Below are positions 34,317 to 47,220 of a DNA stretch of 64,000 nucleotides, piece after piece (position 1 is the stretch's first letter; each line of letters opens with the position of its first letter). Under the pieces are notes generated by a model. It was given only the letters and a program-made list of their open reading frames with translations, was not told the origin of the DNA and searched no databases. The stretch spans positions 5,597,434-5,661,433 of the forward strand of contig CM082593.2 of assembly GCA_040954595.2 (NCBI GenBank), read 5' to 3'. Made by a program: the position numbers and the translations under genes. The DNA comes from Balanoglossus misakiensis (Eukaryota; Animalia; Hemichordata).

Positions 34317-34507
34317 ACACGTGTAGTCCAGACTCCTCACGCATGACTGTGAGTGTGTTTCAGAAGTTTGTGTCAGAGTGATGCACCACGGGACTGTCAC
34401 ATGACTTTCAGGAAAAAAACATGGCGGACTAAGTTCAGTGCATGATGTATCGGCTGCTTCACTTCGACGAATTGCCACCGATCAAAGCGGTGATCCTTTG
34501 AGAAGAG
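34317..34507 (+). promoter_or_regulatory. HPS5 promoter and 5' UTR exon 1 with E-box CACGTG, M-box/CLEAR-like GTCACATGACT (34396-34406) and YY1-like AACATGGCGG
   Basis: Motifs read directly. Strong donor GAG|GTGAGT at 34507; acceptor at 35793 just upstream of the ATG. Confidence 0.6.
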
Positions 34508-35813
34508 GTGAGTGCCTGATTGATACGTCATTCAGATTTTCTTCAGCTTCCTTGTAGCGAGATCATGTGCCCACAAGGCAAGCGGGGACCAGGAATACAT
34601 GTAAACACCACAACACAAAAGCGCGATTGTCCTGATTTTGTTGTGTGTGTGTGTGTGTACTGTAGTGTAAGTGTAACGAGCTTGCACAGGTCGTAAAGAT
34701 GTGACACAAGAAGCTTCGGAATGACATGATCTAACTGGTATTCCAGATTTCCCGAAATAAGGTAATGGGGTTTATGTAGGCGCTGGCTTATTCGAATCTC
34801 CATATACGCACAACGCAGTCTCGTTGCGTTGCCCTTATACGACTCCGCCCCCTTTTATACCATCCCAGGCTATGGGGTTGCAAGTTGATATTCCCCAACA
34901 GACGCCAAAGAAATCACTAGCGGTCGTGATTGTGAACAGTATTGTGAATCGTCGCATGTAGTGTGACCTCACGAAAAAATATCCCGTTTCGACGGATACG
35001 GCGAGGTTGACGTCACTTGGGAACTTCGCGCAAGGTCACTGTGAGGTCACGACACGTTGAGTGCGTGTGTGCGTAATCACATGACTGAATCCCATGATTA
35101 TTTTGCCTAAACATGGCCAGCTGACGGGAAATCTGACATTATGAACAATGAAATAATGTGTTAAATATAAATGATAAAATAACATATCACTCTGTAGCTG
35201 TGCGTACAGGTCTGTGGGAGCACACAGACCTGTATGCAGAGCTAATCACTCTGATACCAATGTGGCAGTGTTTCATTGTACAGTAATGACCAGTAATTAT
35301 GCGCACAAATTATTTTGCTATCTGCTCAGTGATACACATAGATAAGAGTGGGATGCCATAAAACCCTGCAAGATCCTGGACCTTTGACTCTTTGCCTGTC
35401 TGATATGGTTTTGGATACATAGGATGTATTGTATCACCCAGGCTTTAATTAATATCCCACTGACTGATAGTGTCAATGGCTATGATTCAAATTGGTGGTC
35501 AGGTTAATTTTTCTCAACCCTTTCTGGCTTAAACCCTTGCAGTGTATATTTTACCTGCAGCCTGGGTTTTAAATTTAACATGGTCGAATTTGATGTATGT
35601 ACTCAGTGCAGAAAATTCAGATAAGTTTAGAGCATGTATTGTGTCTGGGTCTGTTTAGCCTACTACGTACATTTGTCAACAAAGACAACTGACAGACAGA
35701 CATATTAACAGGCTGATAGATACTAGTAGATAAGTCAAGACTGAAGTCAATCCTGTCACAAACATTAATGACAACGTTGTTTTCTTTCCGTAGATTCCTG
35801 CAACCATGACGAC

Positions 35814-38800
35814 ATGAGTGGACGGCCAAGTAATTCTTTGACCTACAGTGGTAGACATATCCTGGCCGAGTGGACGTCAGCTGATGAGCTTCTACTGCCA
35901 ATCAAAGGCGCCGCGAGAATTAAGGTGTGTTTTCTGTCAGATTGGATGGACAGCTCACTCTGATAGAAAAAGAGCCTAACTCTAAATATCTGCTGCTTGT
36001 TTGAGGGTTTTGACTATTATAGCAGAATTACAGGACAGATCAGATCTAAATTTCCAACTGGGTCAGCTCTGGGGTACCCCAAGGTCAAATTTGATAGATT
36101 TGCCATCTGTTAATACTAAATCTCAACTGTCATCCATTAATTTTTCTTTGTATTTTTGGACAGTACACTTGTGTTGCTGTGTCAAGGAGGTATATAGCTT
36201 TTGGGGCGTCAACTGGTGGCTTGTATCTCTTCTACAGGGATTCCAAGAAGTATCTTCAAGTTTTAGCAAACAAGGTAAGTTTATAACAAAGTAATTTAAT
36301 GAAGTACATGTAATTTAATTTTATTTATTTGAACTGCACATGTCTGTTATAGGAGTACATTACATTTTCCATAACTTGGTGGGTTTGATATAACCTTTGA
36401 CCTTTGTTTGTTGCAGGGAGGGTCTTTAACTCACATTGCATTTGCTAGCAATGATAATCTCGTTGCTCTGTGTACAAGGTAAGATTGCACTGTGGTCTAA
36501 GATTTTTGGATCTATAGTGTGTTGTTGAACTTGAACCGATGTTGTCGAATCTAACCATTTCAAAAGTTTTGTAGTGGATTATTAAATCGGACGTGAAGTT
36601 CCCCTATTTGGGGTGAATCTCGCATTTCCATTTCCGAGAGTGAAACGTCTGGGTTCTCATTTGCAGCGGAGGGCTTGTGGTTGTGTGGGAGTTGAACGTG
36701 GAGAGGCGAAGCAAGCCGGACGTCCTGACGACGTCGCTGGAACACAAAAATTCAACAATTACCGCACTGAAATGGGAGAGCTGCTGTCACAAAGTGTTCA
36801 TCGGAGACGATCATGGCAAAGTTACCTCTCTGAAGGTCCCAACATCCAAGGTAAATTTTTGTACGCCAAGTTGCAGCGGGAAAGTGTTCTTTTATGAGAT
36901 CATTACCAAAAACACGTGAAAAATAATGCAGCACTTTCACTATCTTCAGCAGCCAACCTAAATTAAGGGGGATTCCTCTTAATTCTGTAAGTTAGAATCA
37001 TCAGCTGTATGAATGGAATTGTGTAACTTTCAGCCTATCTTTTTCACTGTGTTAGGAGCTAGCCTGTTTAAATAAAATGAAGAGAGAAATTGAATGGGAA
37101 TGAAAGAAAACATAACTGAATGGAATGTCATTTTTTTTTTAAATTTCAGGCGGCAGGTTTCTTTAAAATTCCCACTGAGTTGATCTTGGATGGAGATTCC
37201 AGGATCGTTCAGTTGGATTACAATAATGAGTTGTTGTTAGTGTCGACATTGACACGACATTATCTTTGTAGTACAACAAGGTAAGCCAATATGACTGTCG
37301 GTCTGTCTGTCTGTCTGTTTATCTGTCTCTATGTATGTACCTTGTAACTGTACATATATACACATGTACATTCGACTATGAGAGTAAAAAGAACACAAGC
37401 CATTCTTCATAACATTATCAACTAACAGAATTATATTACTTCCTGTCTATTGACAGAGAACAATTCTGGCAAATTGGACAGAAACCCAGAGATGGTGAAT
37501 ATGGTGCTTGTTTTATGTTCACAAGCAAAGATAAACCATCTACCCTCTACTGTGCCCGACCTGGATCCAGAATATGGCAGGTAAGACTCCTTATCTTCTC
37601 AGATAAAAGTCATTTTGATGTTGATGGTTTGCAAACTCAAAAATTCTGCTCTGTGTTGGTGGTTTTGTAGGTCAAACTTCCTTTCATTTTTGTCATTACA
37701 CTTAAATATTGCATGTTGATAGAGAATCAAGATGTTGTATTGTCACAAAAAAATTCATTGAACCAAACGTTCTAAATGTAGAAACGTACTGGTTGGGAAT
37801 TTTACAAAAGTATACAAAGCATGGAAAATTGTCATCATTTTGATTACACCCTGCAATTTTCATCTGAAAATTTCATCTGAAAATTTTCTCAGAGTTACCG
37901 CAGAGATATTTTCATGCTTTGTCACTCATTTGATTCTCTTCAGGCAAATTTAAAAGGCACTGTTATTCACACGCTCGAGTTCAAGAAGGCATTGGCAATT
38001 CCTTCAATCCCAATCTGTGGCCTCCGGTAGGTATATACATAAAAAAATCATTCACAATTCTTCTGCATGTAGTAGAACTTTTATTCACGGCATTTCAACA
38101 AAAGATATGGCTCAAGGACACATTTTTTGTTGAGGCAGTATATGCGTCGGAGACAGAAAAATCGCAGTCCTTCAAGCCTTTCAATTCTTTGATGTACATG
38201 TATTAGTGTGTGAGAAAAACATGGTCTTGTTGTCATAGAAATCACTACTTGAAATTTTCTCCACAGAGTTAACACAGAGATTTGCACCCAATTTTGAATG
38301 TCAAATTTGGCACAATATCACTATCACTGTCTGATATGTTCTTGTTTCTATCTTCAGACACAGCCCATTATTTTCACGTGGGGAAACCTGTACGGCGCAG
38401 TCCGTCAATTTTCCACAATTACTCCTAATAAAGTGAGTATGGTTATTGCTCTGTGGAGGTTTGTTGTCAAGTCAATATACTGACCTATTTTCTAAACTTG
38501 ATTCTCCTGTCGTCCTATATCATGTACTAGAAAATAAACCATTTTGAAGAGAACAGTATTAACTGAACTTGTGTTATTGGATAGCAGCCATTTTGAATTT
38601 CATATCTCAATAAATGTTAGAAAATTTGATTGTGTCATTAAATGTTTGCTGAGAGACACCCCATGTTTTATGTTAAAAGATAGTAGTTTATGGGTAACGT
38701 ATGTTGCACTTTATACAGTGATTTTGGGTCAAAAATTTCACACATTCTGACAATAAACCACTATATATTGAAAGTGAATTTCCCATTTTGTCCATGTGCA

Positions 38801-41800
38801 GAGAACAGTACTTACTCAGCTGGACCAGGAAAGCTGTATACATCCTTGACCCGTCTAATGAAAGGGTCATTCTCTGGACACGTGACTTACAAGGTACGTT
38901 GAATGTTGTTGGTGAAATACCAATTGAATATTTAATTCACAGAGTGGAATTCTCACCTTAATAGTAAAAAGAATACCAAGATAAATTGTTTTTTGATGCA
39001 AATAAGTCAGGTGACCACTTTGTTGTATGTGTTTAATTTTTCAGACATTCAACAGATCGCTATTTATAAGGCGGACATTTACTGCTTCCAGGCAGACTGC
39101 ACGGTCAAAATACTTACTCTCTCCTCAGTGGAGAAATGCATTGCCAAACTAACGACCCTCGAGTTATGGCTGCAGTCCGCCCAGCTGTGCGACTACTTCA
39201 AAGCAGCGGCCATCCCTGCCAAAGCCAGGAGGCACTTGCCTGTCGCCATGGTAGAGGACATTCAGGAACATTTGCAAGATTCCGAGGAGTTTGTCGGAAA
39301 GTTGAATGAGCTGCTGAAGGAACTTGAAGCCGGCGCGGATGGCGGTAGTTCGACGACCAGCAGCCGACGGAGCAGTATCTCGTCGTGTGATGGGATAGTC
39401 CGCGTGCATGCAAGCAGTTACCAAGTCACGTCAAACTCTAAAAATGCTGATTTCGATGACGATCTGGTGACTGAATCGTCGGACTTAATTGATCGCGATC
39501 TGGAGATGCTGGACGGAGGACTCCCGCCGTTATTCAGACCGTTGGACTCGGAGGCTCAGCGTTACTATGACAACGTTGAACTTGTGGCCCCCAGTGGCGG
39601 AGAGTGCAATGACTTGGCTGACTTTGAGGAGTTGCGCGACGGAGACATTGAAGTCTGGTCGAACTGCGGGATAGAAGAAAAAATCAGCCTATCCCAGGTG
39701 CCATCAAGGAAGGCGTCAGAGAGCGACAGTGTTGACCCCCAGCAGAGAAACGACAGTGATTCCGAAGACAGGACTCATGGTGACGGGGGTGTAGGATCAA
39801 ATTTGGAGAACGGCTCGGCCGAACAAGCCGACGATACCTCTGTGTGTGTCAGCGAGAAAAGGGCAGTCGATCGTGTAATTCCGTCCTCTGGGTCATCTGG
39901 GTACAACAGCTCGAGCAGTAGCTGTAAACCGAGCGAAATGCGAGGCGATTCCGACGTTTCACCCATCGGGAACAATGAGGTGAGCAGCAACAGCGAAACA
40001 TTGGCAGGTTCGAGCCACACCAAAACTGTAATGACAGAAATAAAACTAGAACACACCAAAGTGCCTTCCCACGCCAACAAACAGCATTCTGGCCATGAAG
40101 TGATGCCCGAGTCAGAGAAACAAGAGATCGGCAATGGGTATGATCTTGTCATGGATCAGGTCGCGGGTGGAACTGAAGACAGCGCACCTGCAGGACCGGA
40201 TGACTTTAATAACGATGACAGTGTCGTGATTTCCGTCTCACTGAAGCCAAACCAAAACGCCGGGATTAGCAAGAAGAAGAAACGTAAACGAAAGAAAATA
40301 AAATCCCCAGGTGGGTATGTTTCTTGTAAAACTGTTACATGTTAGTGAAATGGTTGCCATTACTGTTCTGTTCGATCTGAACCCTTTCACCCCCAGTTCC
40401 CTCTTCAGAGGTCCAACCTTACCATAGAAAACAATGGGTTTGGACTGAACCATGGTGGTGAAAGGGTGTACCCTTGTCTTCATGAGAACCAAACTCTGAT
40501 TGGATGCACCCTCACTAAATGACTAATAAGTATACGTGTTACAATTTCTCTCTGATCAATGAATTCATTTGAGACACCAGCTAGTCTGTTCAATTACTGG
40601 ACTGTATCACCGATTACTTTTTCTTTAATTCCATAGCAATAGCCTCACCTGATACCACCGACATTAGCAATCTTTCATCGTTAGGATTTCAAAGTCCAAT
40701 GGTGGGTTCCCTTGAGAGTCTGCAAGACCCCTGGTCACAGCCCACCAGTACAACACAGTCGAGGGAAATCACCCCATCCTCGTCGCCTGGTAACCAAGCA
40801 TCGCCGCTCGCCTCCCGTGGCAACACGCCTCCCCAGTCAGTGGAAAACAGCCCTACCACGAAGACCCGGTCGTTTTTCGTGCAGGAAGTTTCAGGATCGG
40901 TGCAACAGCGCCCTCTGTTGAAAAGAACGTCATCTCTACCTCTATCAGCAGAGCGGCCGTCTACAGTATTAAACGACATCAACAGTATCTCGCCAGGCGT
41001 ACCACGAGCGTCACCAAAATCGTCCTTTTCAAGCGCCACATCGCCGACTTTAAGAAGATCTGCCACGTCGGAGAGCCTTTCATCTCTACGACTGTCTTCA
41101 ACACCCGGCAGTTCGCCTACCCCAAGACGTGCATTCACACCGACTGGCTCTCCTTCAAGACGTTCGTCCATCTCCGCAGACGTGAAGTCTTCCCGAAGAT
41201 CCCCGTCGCACTCGCCGACTCTCCGTAGATTTTCCACTCCAACAGACTCCGTTCCCCTGAGCTCGTCACCAACTCAGTCGACCTCTGTCACTTCAGGCCC
41301 GGCAGCATCCAGCCGCACCTTGACATCGTCCTCTGAGGCGTCGTCTGGGCAACCGTCTCCATCCTCATCACCCACGCATCAGTTTAATATATCTATCGCC
41401 AGTTACATGGGTGTGCCCTACCACACGGGCAGCCCCTCACGTCAAGGGAGTAACTCACCCAAGATCCATGTGCCGTCGCTCTCAGAAGTCAAAGACAGGT
41501 GAGAGAAAAATGGTGTTTTTTTCATTCATTATTGACCATCCCTAACAATAGTGTGTAGGGACTCATGTTTTTAAATTCACATTAGCAACTGATATTGATT
41601 ATATTGTAGCCAAATCTAGATTGACAATAATCACTATTAAAAACACAAAACTTATTTGTACCAAAACAGTCATTTCTGTATTCCATTTCTTTTCAGCATA
41701 TCTTCTAAACTCTCAAAGACCAAGGCTTTCCTTCAACAGAGCGTGCACGACAGTGGCCTTATACACACAAACAGACCTCCTGAAATGATTGGCGTGAGAC

Positions 41801-44800
41801 CCAAAGGTTATGTACCTCCAGACACCTGGAGGGAAGACATGAAAATACCTCCCACTGAAGTTGAAGAGACCTCACTGATTGACTATACTGATCTCATAGA
41901 AGCCACACGTTTAGCAAGGTACTGTAAATTGTCCTTATAAGAGTTTGGCATTTTGTAAATCTAATTTATTAGATTTAGAAACTAGTCGTGTGTAGATCTA
42001 ATCGTATATACCACTGCTACGAGAGAGCTTGCTGACCATGTTCTTTCACAAACTGTCACAAAAACAAAATTTCATGACTTTGAATTTCAGGTGCGAATTG
42101 GCGGAGATCGGGAACATGATGGAAGTCTGTAAGATCAAACCCGTTCTCGCCAGATGGTTGAAACATCTGGATAATGCACAGCAGCAAATTAAATATTACC
42201 TGAGCAGTTTGCCAAGCGCAGAGAAGCGTGACCTCGGTAAAGTTTACAAAATGCGACCGCAACACAAAACGGACGTCCGGTTGTTGGCCACGATGTGTGT
42301 AGATTTAGAGGTCTTCTCAGCGTCCCAGGAAAGCGATGGAGAGGAGAGCGGAGAGGATGAGGTTTCCACGGCAATGTCGGGATTTTACGACGCAGAAGAC
42401 GCTGATCTTCGGGTTGAGAGTAGGGACTGCGACGACGTCGACGCCGTGCTGCGTGCAAGTTTCGACTCTGCGTCCGGCGCGGCTCACGTTACCATGGCAG
42501 TGCGGGACGCGACCGCCGAGAAACGTGACGACTTCGGTCTGGAGATGGGGCTCCACGAGTTGGATTTCGCTGAAATGATGGAAGACGACGTCGCCATTCA
42601 TGACACCAATCAACTTCTCGTCCGGGACACCGAGGCCTCTGCTTTCATCAGCAACTACGGCCGTTGGATAGACGCGGAGAGGGCGAGGAAAATCATCAGT
42701 TTCTGGGAAGGCCCACGACATCAAACCTGGCTCAGTTTGGTCGCTCAAATACAAGGTGGGCTTTTAAAAACTTGAGGATTGAAATCCTTTGAGTGACCTT
42801 ATGACAAGCAAAATCCGCGTATGAATTAAGCGTCTCAATTTTTGTGTGTGATGTCAGTAATTATCACATGTTATTTAGATTTCCCTACAAAAATACACTG
42901 TGCTGATCATTTCAATTCATGATTACTTGGATCTCTGTCTAGTGCAGACAGCATTGTTAGTGATTGCAAATTCCGGGGACAACAACAACTTAACATTCAC
43001 CTCCATCGGCCATCTTCTTCAGTGAGTGACCTAATGCAATTCTGTCCTCAGAGTGTATTGCTGATGGTGACCTACCTGGTTGGGTTGGCGAGTCAGACAA
43101 CGCCAAAGTCAAGACACAGATCACTGATCATACACTATTTACACACATATACATCCACATCAGCAGGTGAGTTCTTTTATATTTATTCAGTTATTGGTAT
43201 GAGTGAATCACTCATACCAATGTCTGGTACAGAATTGTGTGGTTGCTATGGTCACCCAGGCTTCTGCTTCAGTTATGTCTGATTGAGGGCGCTTCACCAA
43301 AAGTAGTTGCACTTGAACTACTCTATACATTCTATTGTAGGCTCTACAAGACAGATGCCAGTCTTGCAGTGGAGTTTTGTGCCGATAGATACCCGGCAAT
43401 TGCACCCTGGGAAGTCGGGATTCTGTGCTTTCAGGGAGATGATGGTCGGCGATTGTTCGTCAAATATGTTCTCCAGTTGTTGGACTCAGGAAATCGGTGA
43501 GACACATATACTTTTCAAGATAAATCATTTACTTTCCTTTAATGATTGAGTTAATGACAATGCATCAGTTGTACTGCTCTGTAACAAAATTCACATAATC
43601 TAAATGTATGGTGTTCTGTTTTTTTAAGCAGGAAAGGTATTATCGGAGAGCTGTGCCAGGATTCGTGGGTCAGAGATCACCTGGTTGACTGTCTTCTATC
43701 CCAGAATGCACCTGAGGATCCCTTGAAGTTAGCTTGCCAGTGTGGTATGCCAAGGTAAGTGTGTAGGTCTGTGAGTTTCTGTCAGTGAAACGATTGTCTT
43801 TATTTTATCTGCTAGCTGTTTGACCAGAACTTACTATAAAATCTGTTGCTCTTGCAGACCGGGTTCTTACAAATATACATGGCCCAACCAGGACATTGTG
43901 GATGCTGTAATCGTTGCCACGACAACCAGTGAACTCAGAGAGGAGCTACTGGCAACGTGCGAAAAATACAGGTAAAAGGTTTGAGTGATATCTGAGGGTT
44001 GTGTTGGTTCCTGGTTGGGGGAAGGGGGGGGGGGGGGGGTTATGCCTGCCTCTTGCTGTTTGTACAGTGGCAGTGGAGCCATACATGAGAGATCCAATCA
44101 TCTCGCTTGTAACATCCTGATGCCATGTTTTATCATAGGTATTGGAATGGATATGTGTCTGTTGGGTGCCACGTTTTGCCCAAGACAGCCTGGTTGGAAT
44201 ACCTCGTACAATTGGCTGATATAGACCTCTTAGAGGAAGTGCTCCAGGATCCAGGTAAGCTTACCACAGTCTTGAATACTTGGGGATTTTCCCACAATGC
44301 ATCAATGGCAGCAAAATAATTATTTCATTGACTTTAGTGTGGAGATATTTTCTAGCTTTGATACAATGACACAAAGACTATACCTTTCAACTCAGGCAGA
44401 AACAATGTTAAGAATTTGAAGTATAATCTGTCTATATGATCTGTGTCTATTGATCCTGTTGTCTGACAGTTTAGTTTGTGTTTTCTTGCAGCTAAAGTGA
44501 ACTTCACCCTCGATGCCTGGATGTTACTGCTGAAGCTCTTCAACCAATTCTACCGCTGCAAAGTGGACAAGACCTGGGCGTACTACTGCTTGCAGTGCAG
44601 GAAAACGGTGGACCAGTGTTCACTGGACCCCCCATCGCAGCCGACGTTAACCTGGGCCTCCCTAGCCCGGTTGTTACTGAAATCAACCGCTTCCAAAACG
44701 GCCCTGGAACTCTTGCAGTCCGTGGATATCCCCCACAATGCACTGCCCGGCGACTTCTACAAGGACTGCGTCATGTCTGCTGTTGTACAGCGCCACCAAA

Positions 44801-46816
44801 GGTAATTTTCTCGGCAGAGCAAAGTTGCCGTCTTTTGACGTCTTGTGTAGTACATGTATGTGTGTTCTTTTCCCCTCAACTCATTCACCCCAGTTCCCAG
44901 GGATAAACTGTGTTACCGCCATCTTGAAAATTTGCAGTGCATTGTGGGTAAAATTAGTTCCGATTGGGAGGGCGTCTACAATCTATCCATTTTCCAGCGG
45001 TTTAGTCAGATTTTCTTCATGTAACTACTACTACTAACGTAACTTGAAGAAAATCTGACAAAACCGCTGGAAAATTGGATAGATTGTAGACGCTACTCCC
45101 CCCCCAACCGGAACTAATTTTACCCACAATGCACTGCAAATTTTCAAGATGGCGGTAACACAGTTTATCCCTATAGAGGGCCGACCTTACTATAGAAAAC
45201 AAGGGTTTGGACTGAACCATGGCGGTGAAAGAGTTAAACATTCTGTGTTGGTTGTCATCGGAATTCTGCCCTCTCCATGCTTCAGAACAGCACCAACAAC
45301 GATGTATTTTTTTGTGTTTGTGTAGGAACCTCTCCAACAGCATGCTGGAGAAGATCGACTCCTATCTGTGGTCAAAACGAGTGAATGAAATGCAGTCGAG
45401 TGTATTGTACAGTGCCAATAAAGAGATCAAAAAACTAGTATCACCCACCGAGAGAGATGCAATGGTCTATCCCCAACAACCTCTGGTAAGTATTGTGTAT
45501 TTTAGGTGCAACTATTAATACAGTGTACCATAATCATCTATGCTGAAAATATGTCACAGTTTTGCTAGATTATGATTTAAAATATCTTTAATGACAGAAG
45601 GATTTCTTTTTTATTTGCAGAACAAACAGAATGTTGAAAGATTAACTGTATCACTAGAGGATGCCGACACTCATTGGGGTACATTGGTTCAAATTGACAG
45701 GTAAGAAAAACAGAAATCATTTTTGAAGTTTTCTTCTGAGCAGCAGTCAGAGGGTTAAAACTATGCTGTTAAATCTATATATACTCTCTCCCTCCTCCCC
45801 CCCCCCCCTCTCTCTCTCTTATCTGCTGCTCACTTGCCTCTCTGTCTCTTAAGATTTCAATTCACAAATGGATGAGCAAGGTCAGGGGGATCAAAGACGC
45901 TGTATGTAGATATAACATACAAACAGATGACAGAGAATTTCAAAATGTTCTTGAAGTACGGAGTAGTTTATACCTTGTTGTTTTATTTTGTTTTCAGTAC
46001 ATGCAGGGTGTGCGGTTTGCCGTTAACGCATTCACATCAACAGATGGACGGAGCCATTTTAATTGGGAAATGTGGTAAGATTTTCACAATGAGTGATGGT
46101 CATTTATTCTGGTTTGCGTGTGACAGTATGGCTTGCTAATTGTGAATACCAGTAATTGGGCAAGAACAGTGCGTATTATAGTGACATGTACCGGTAATTG
46201 GGAAAACGGATTGAAGTCCAAACATTGCATATTTCCCTAATTGCTAACTTGTATAAGTACGTTCACATAACATTTAGTGATTCCTTTTTTTGTCACTGAA
46301 TTAACATATGCACATTTGTGGTTTTCGATATTTTTTCTTTTGACCATGAATTTTTGCATATATTTTTGAATGACTCCCCAAGCGAAACTATGTCCTTGGC
46401 AAGAGTTGTTATGCGTGTTATTACATAAATGTGAGCGACCATGTGCAATTAACTTGGCTTTATTGTGGATCTAAATCACCTTGTTGTTTAAGGTTCTGGG
46501 GGGAAAGGCCTTTCAATATTGTCATTTACCCCTATATATCAGGGTTTAAGTCTGAGATGGTTAATGTTGTATTTCTTTCTCACATTCTAATATAACCCAC
46601 ATTTTACAGTACCAGTGACTAGGTCAGCACATCAATGTCGCAAATCTGTACAGACACTCTCTATTATCAAAGAAATGCTTAGGTGTATTATTTGATTTTA
46701 TGCAATATTTTAACTCCTCTCCTTCTCTCTCTATCATTTCTGTTGCAGGCCACACTTTTCATAAGCGATGTCTTCCTGGTAAAGCCTGCCCAGTGTGTTA
46801 TTCCTCGTCAAGGTAG
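35814..46816 (+). CDS. HPS5: BLOC-2 subunit HPS5 (Drosophila pink orthologue); about 23 coding exons, first 35814-35924, last 46749-46816
   Basis: HILAEW...RIK|YTCVAVSRRYIAFGASTGGL, RIVQLDY, QIGQKPRDGEYGACF, LYCARPGSRIW. Long S/D-rich insert, helical C-terminal half, and terminal C-x2-C...CGHTFHKRC...CPVC. Confidence 0.93.
40379..40468. mobile_element. MITE family A copy
   Basis: ACCCTTTCACC ... GGTGAAAGGGT terminal inverted repeats. Confidence 0.75.
44899..45172. mobile_element. ~274-bp fold-back MITE nested inside a family A MITE (44878-45238)
   Basis: AGGGATAAACTGTGTTACCGCCATCTTGAAAATTTGCAGTGCATTGTGGGTAAAATTAGTTCCG and its exact reverse complement; arms about 120 bp. Confidence 0.85.
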
Positions 46817-47098
46817 TGGAACCTGTGCATTTTCCCTTACTAAGATAAGGGTGCTTCAGTGGTATTTCCTCATCAAGTTAGTTGGACCTGTGTGTCTCTA
46901 CATCAAGATAGTGGGACTGAAGTGATTTTCTTCATCAAGATAATGGGACCCATATTTACAAAAATGGTGGGATGTTTCTATTTGTAGTGTGAAAGTGGGA
47001 CTTCTTTGCTATAAGTCCCCTTCCCTTGCTTAAGAATAGGCCACTTTCACGACCCATATTTTTGTACTGTGAGAGAAAAAAATAAGTACAAGTTTCCC

Positions 47099-47220
47099 CA
47101 ATCTGATTAAAATCAGATGTAGGGAACGGCGACTTGGTTTTTTTATGCTGTCGCCTCACACTACGCGACAGCATAAATAAACCAAGTCGCCGTTCCCTAC
47201 ATCTGATTTTAATCAGATTG
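47099..47220. mobile_element. Palindromic MITE with CA...TG termini and 9-bp TSD (AAGTTTCCC), in the HPS5 3' UTR
   Basis: CAATCTGATTAAAATCAGATGTAGGGAACGGCGAC arms; TSD at 47090-47098 and 47221-47229. Confidence 0.9.

Larger units (their letters stand above)
20383..34509. repeat. Tandem segmental duplication, units ~20383-26957 and ~26968-34509
   Basis: Colinear similarity across upstream region, receptor exons, 3' UTR and the HPS5 first exon. Similarity ends at GATCCTTTGAGAAGAGGT. Confidence 0.93.

Noticed and set aside
35881-35920. CTGATGAG as a hammerhead ribozyme core (also other CTGATGA hits)
   Set aside because: No stem II/GAAA/stem III arrangement; lies in an HPS5 coding exon.
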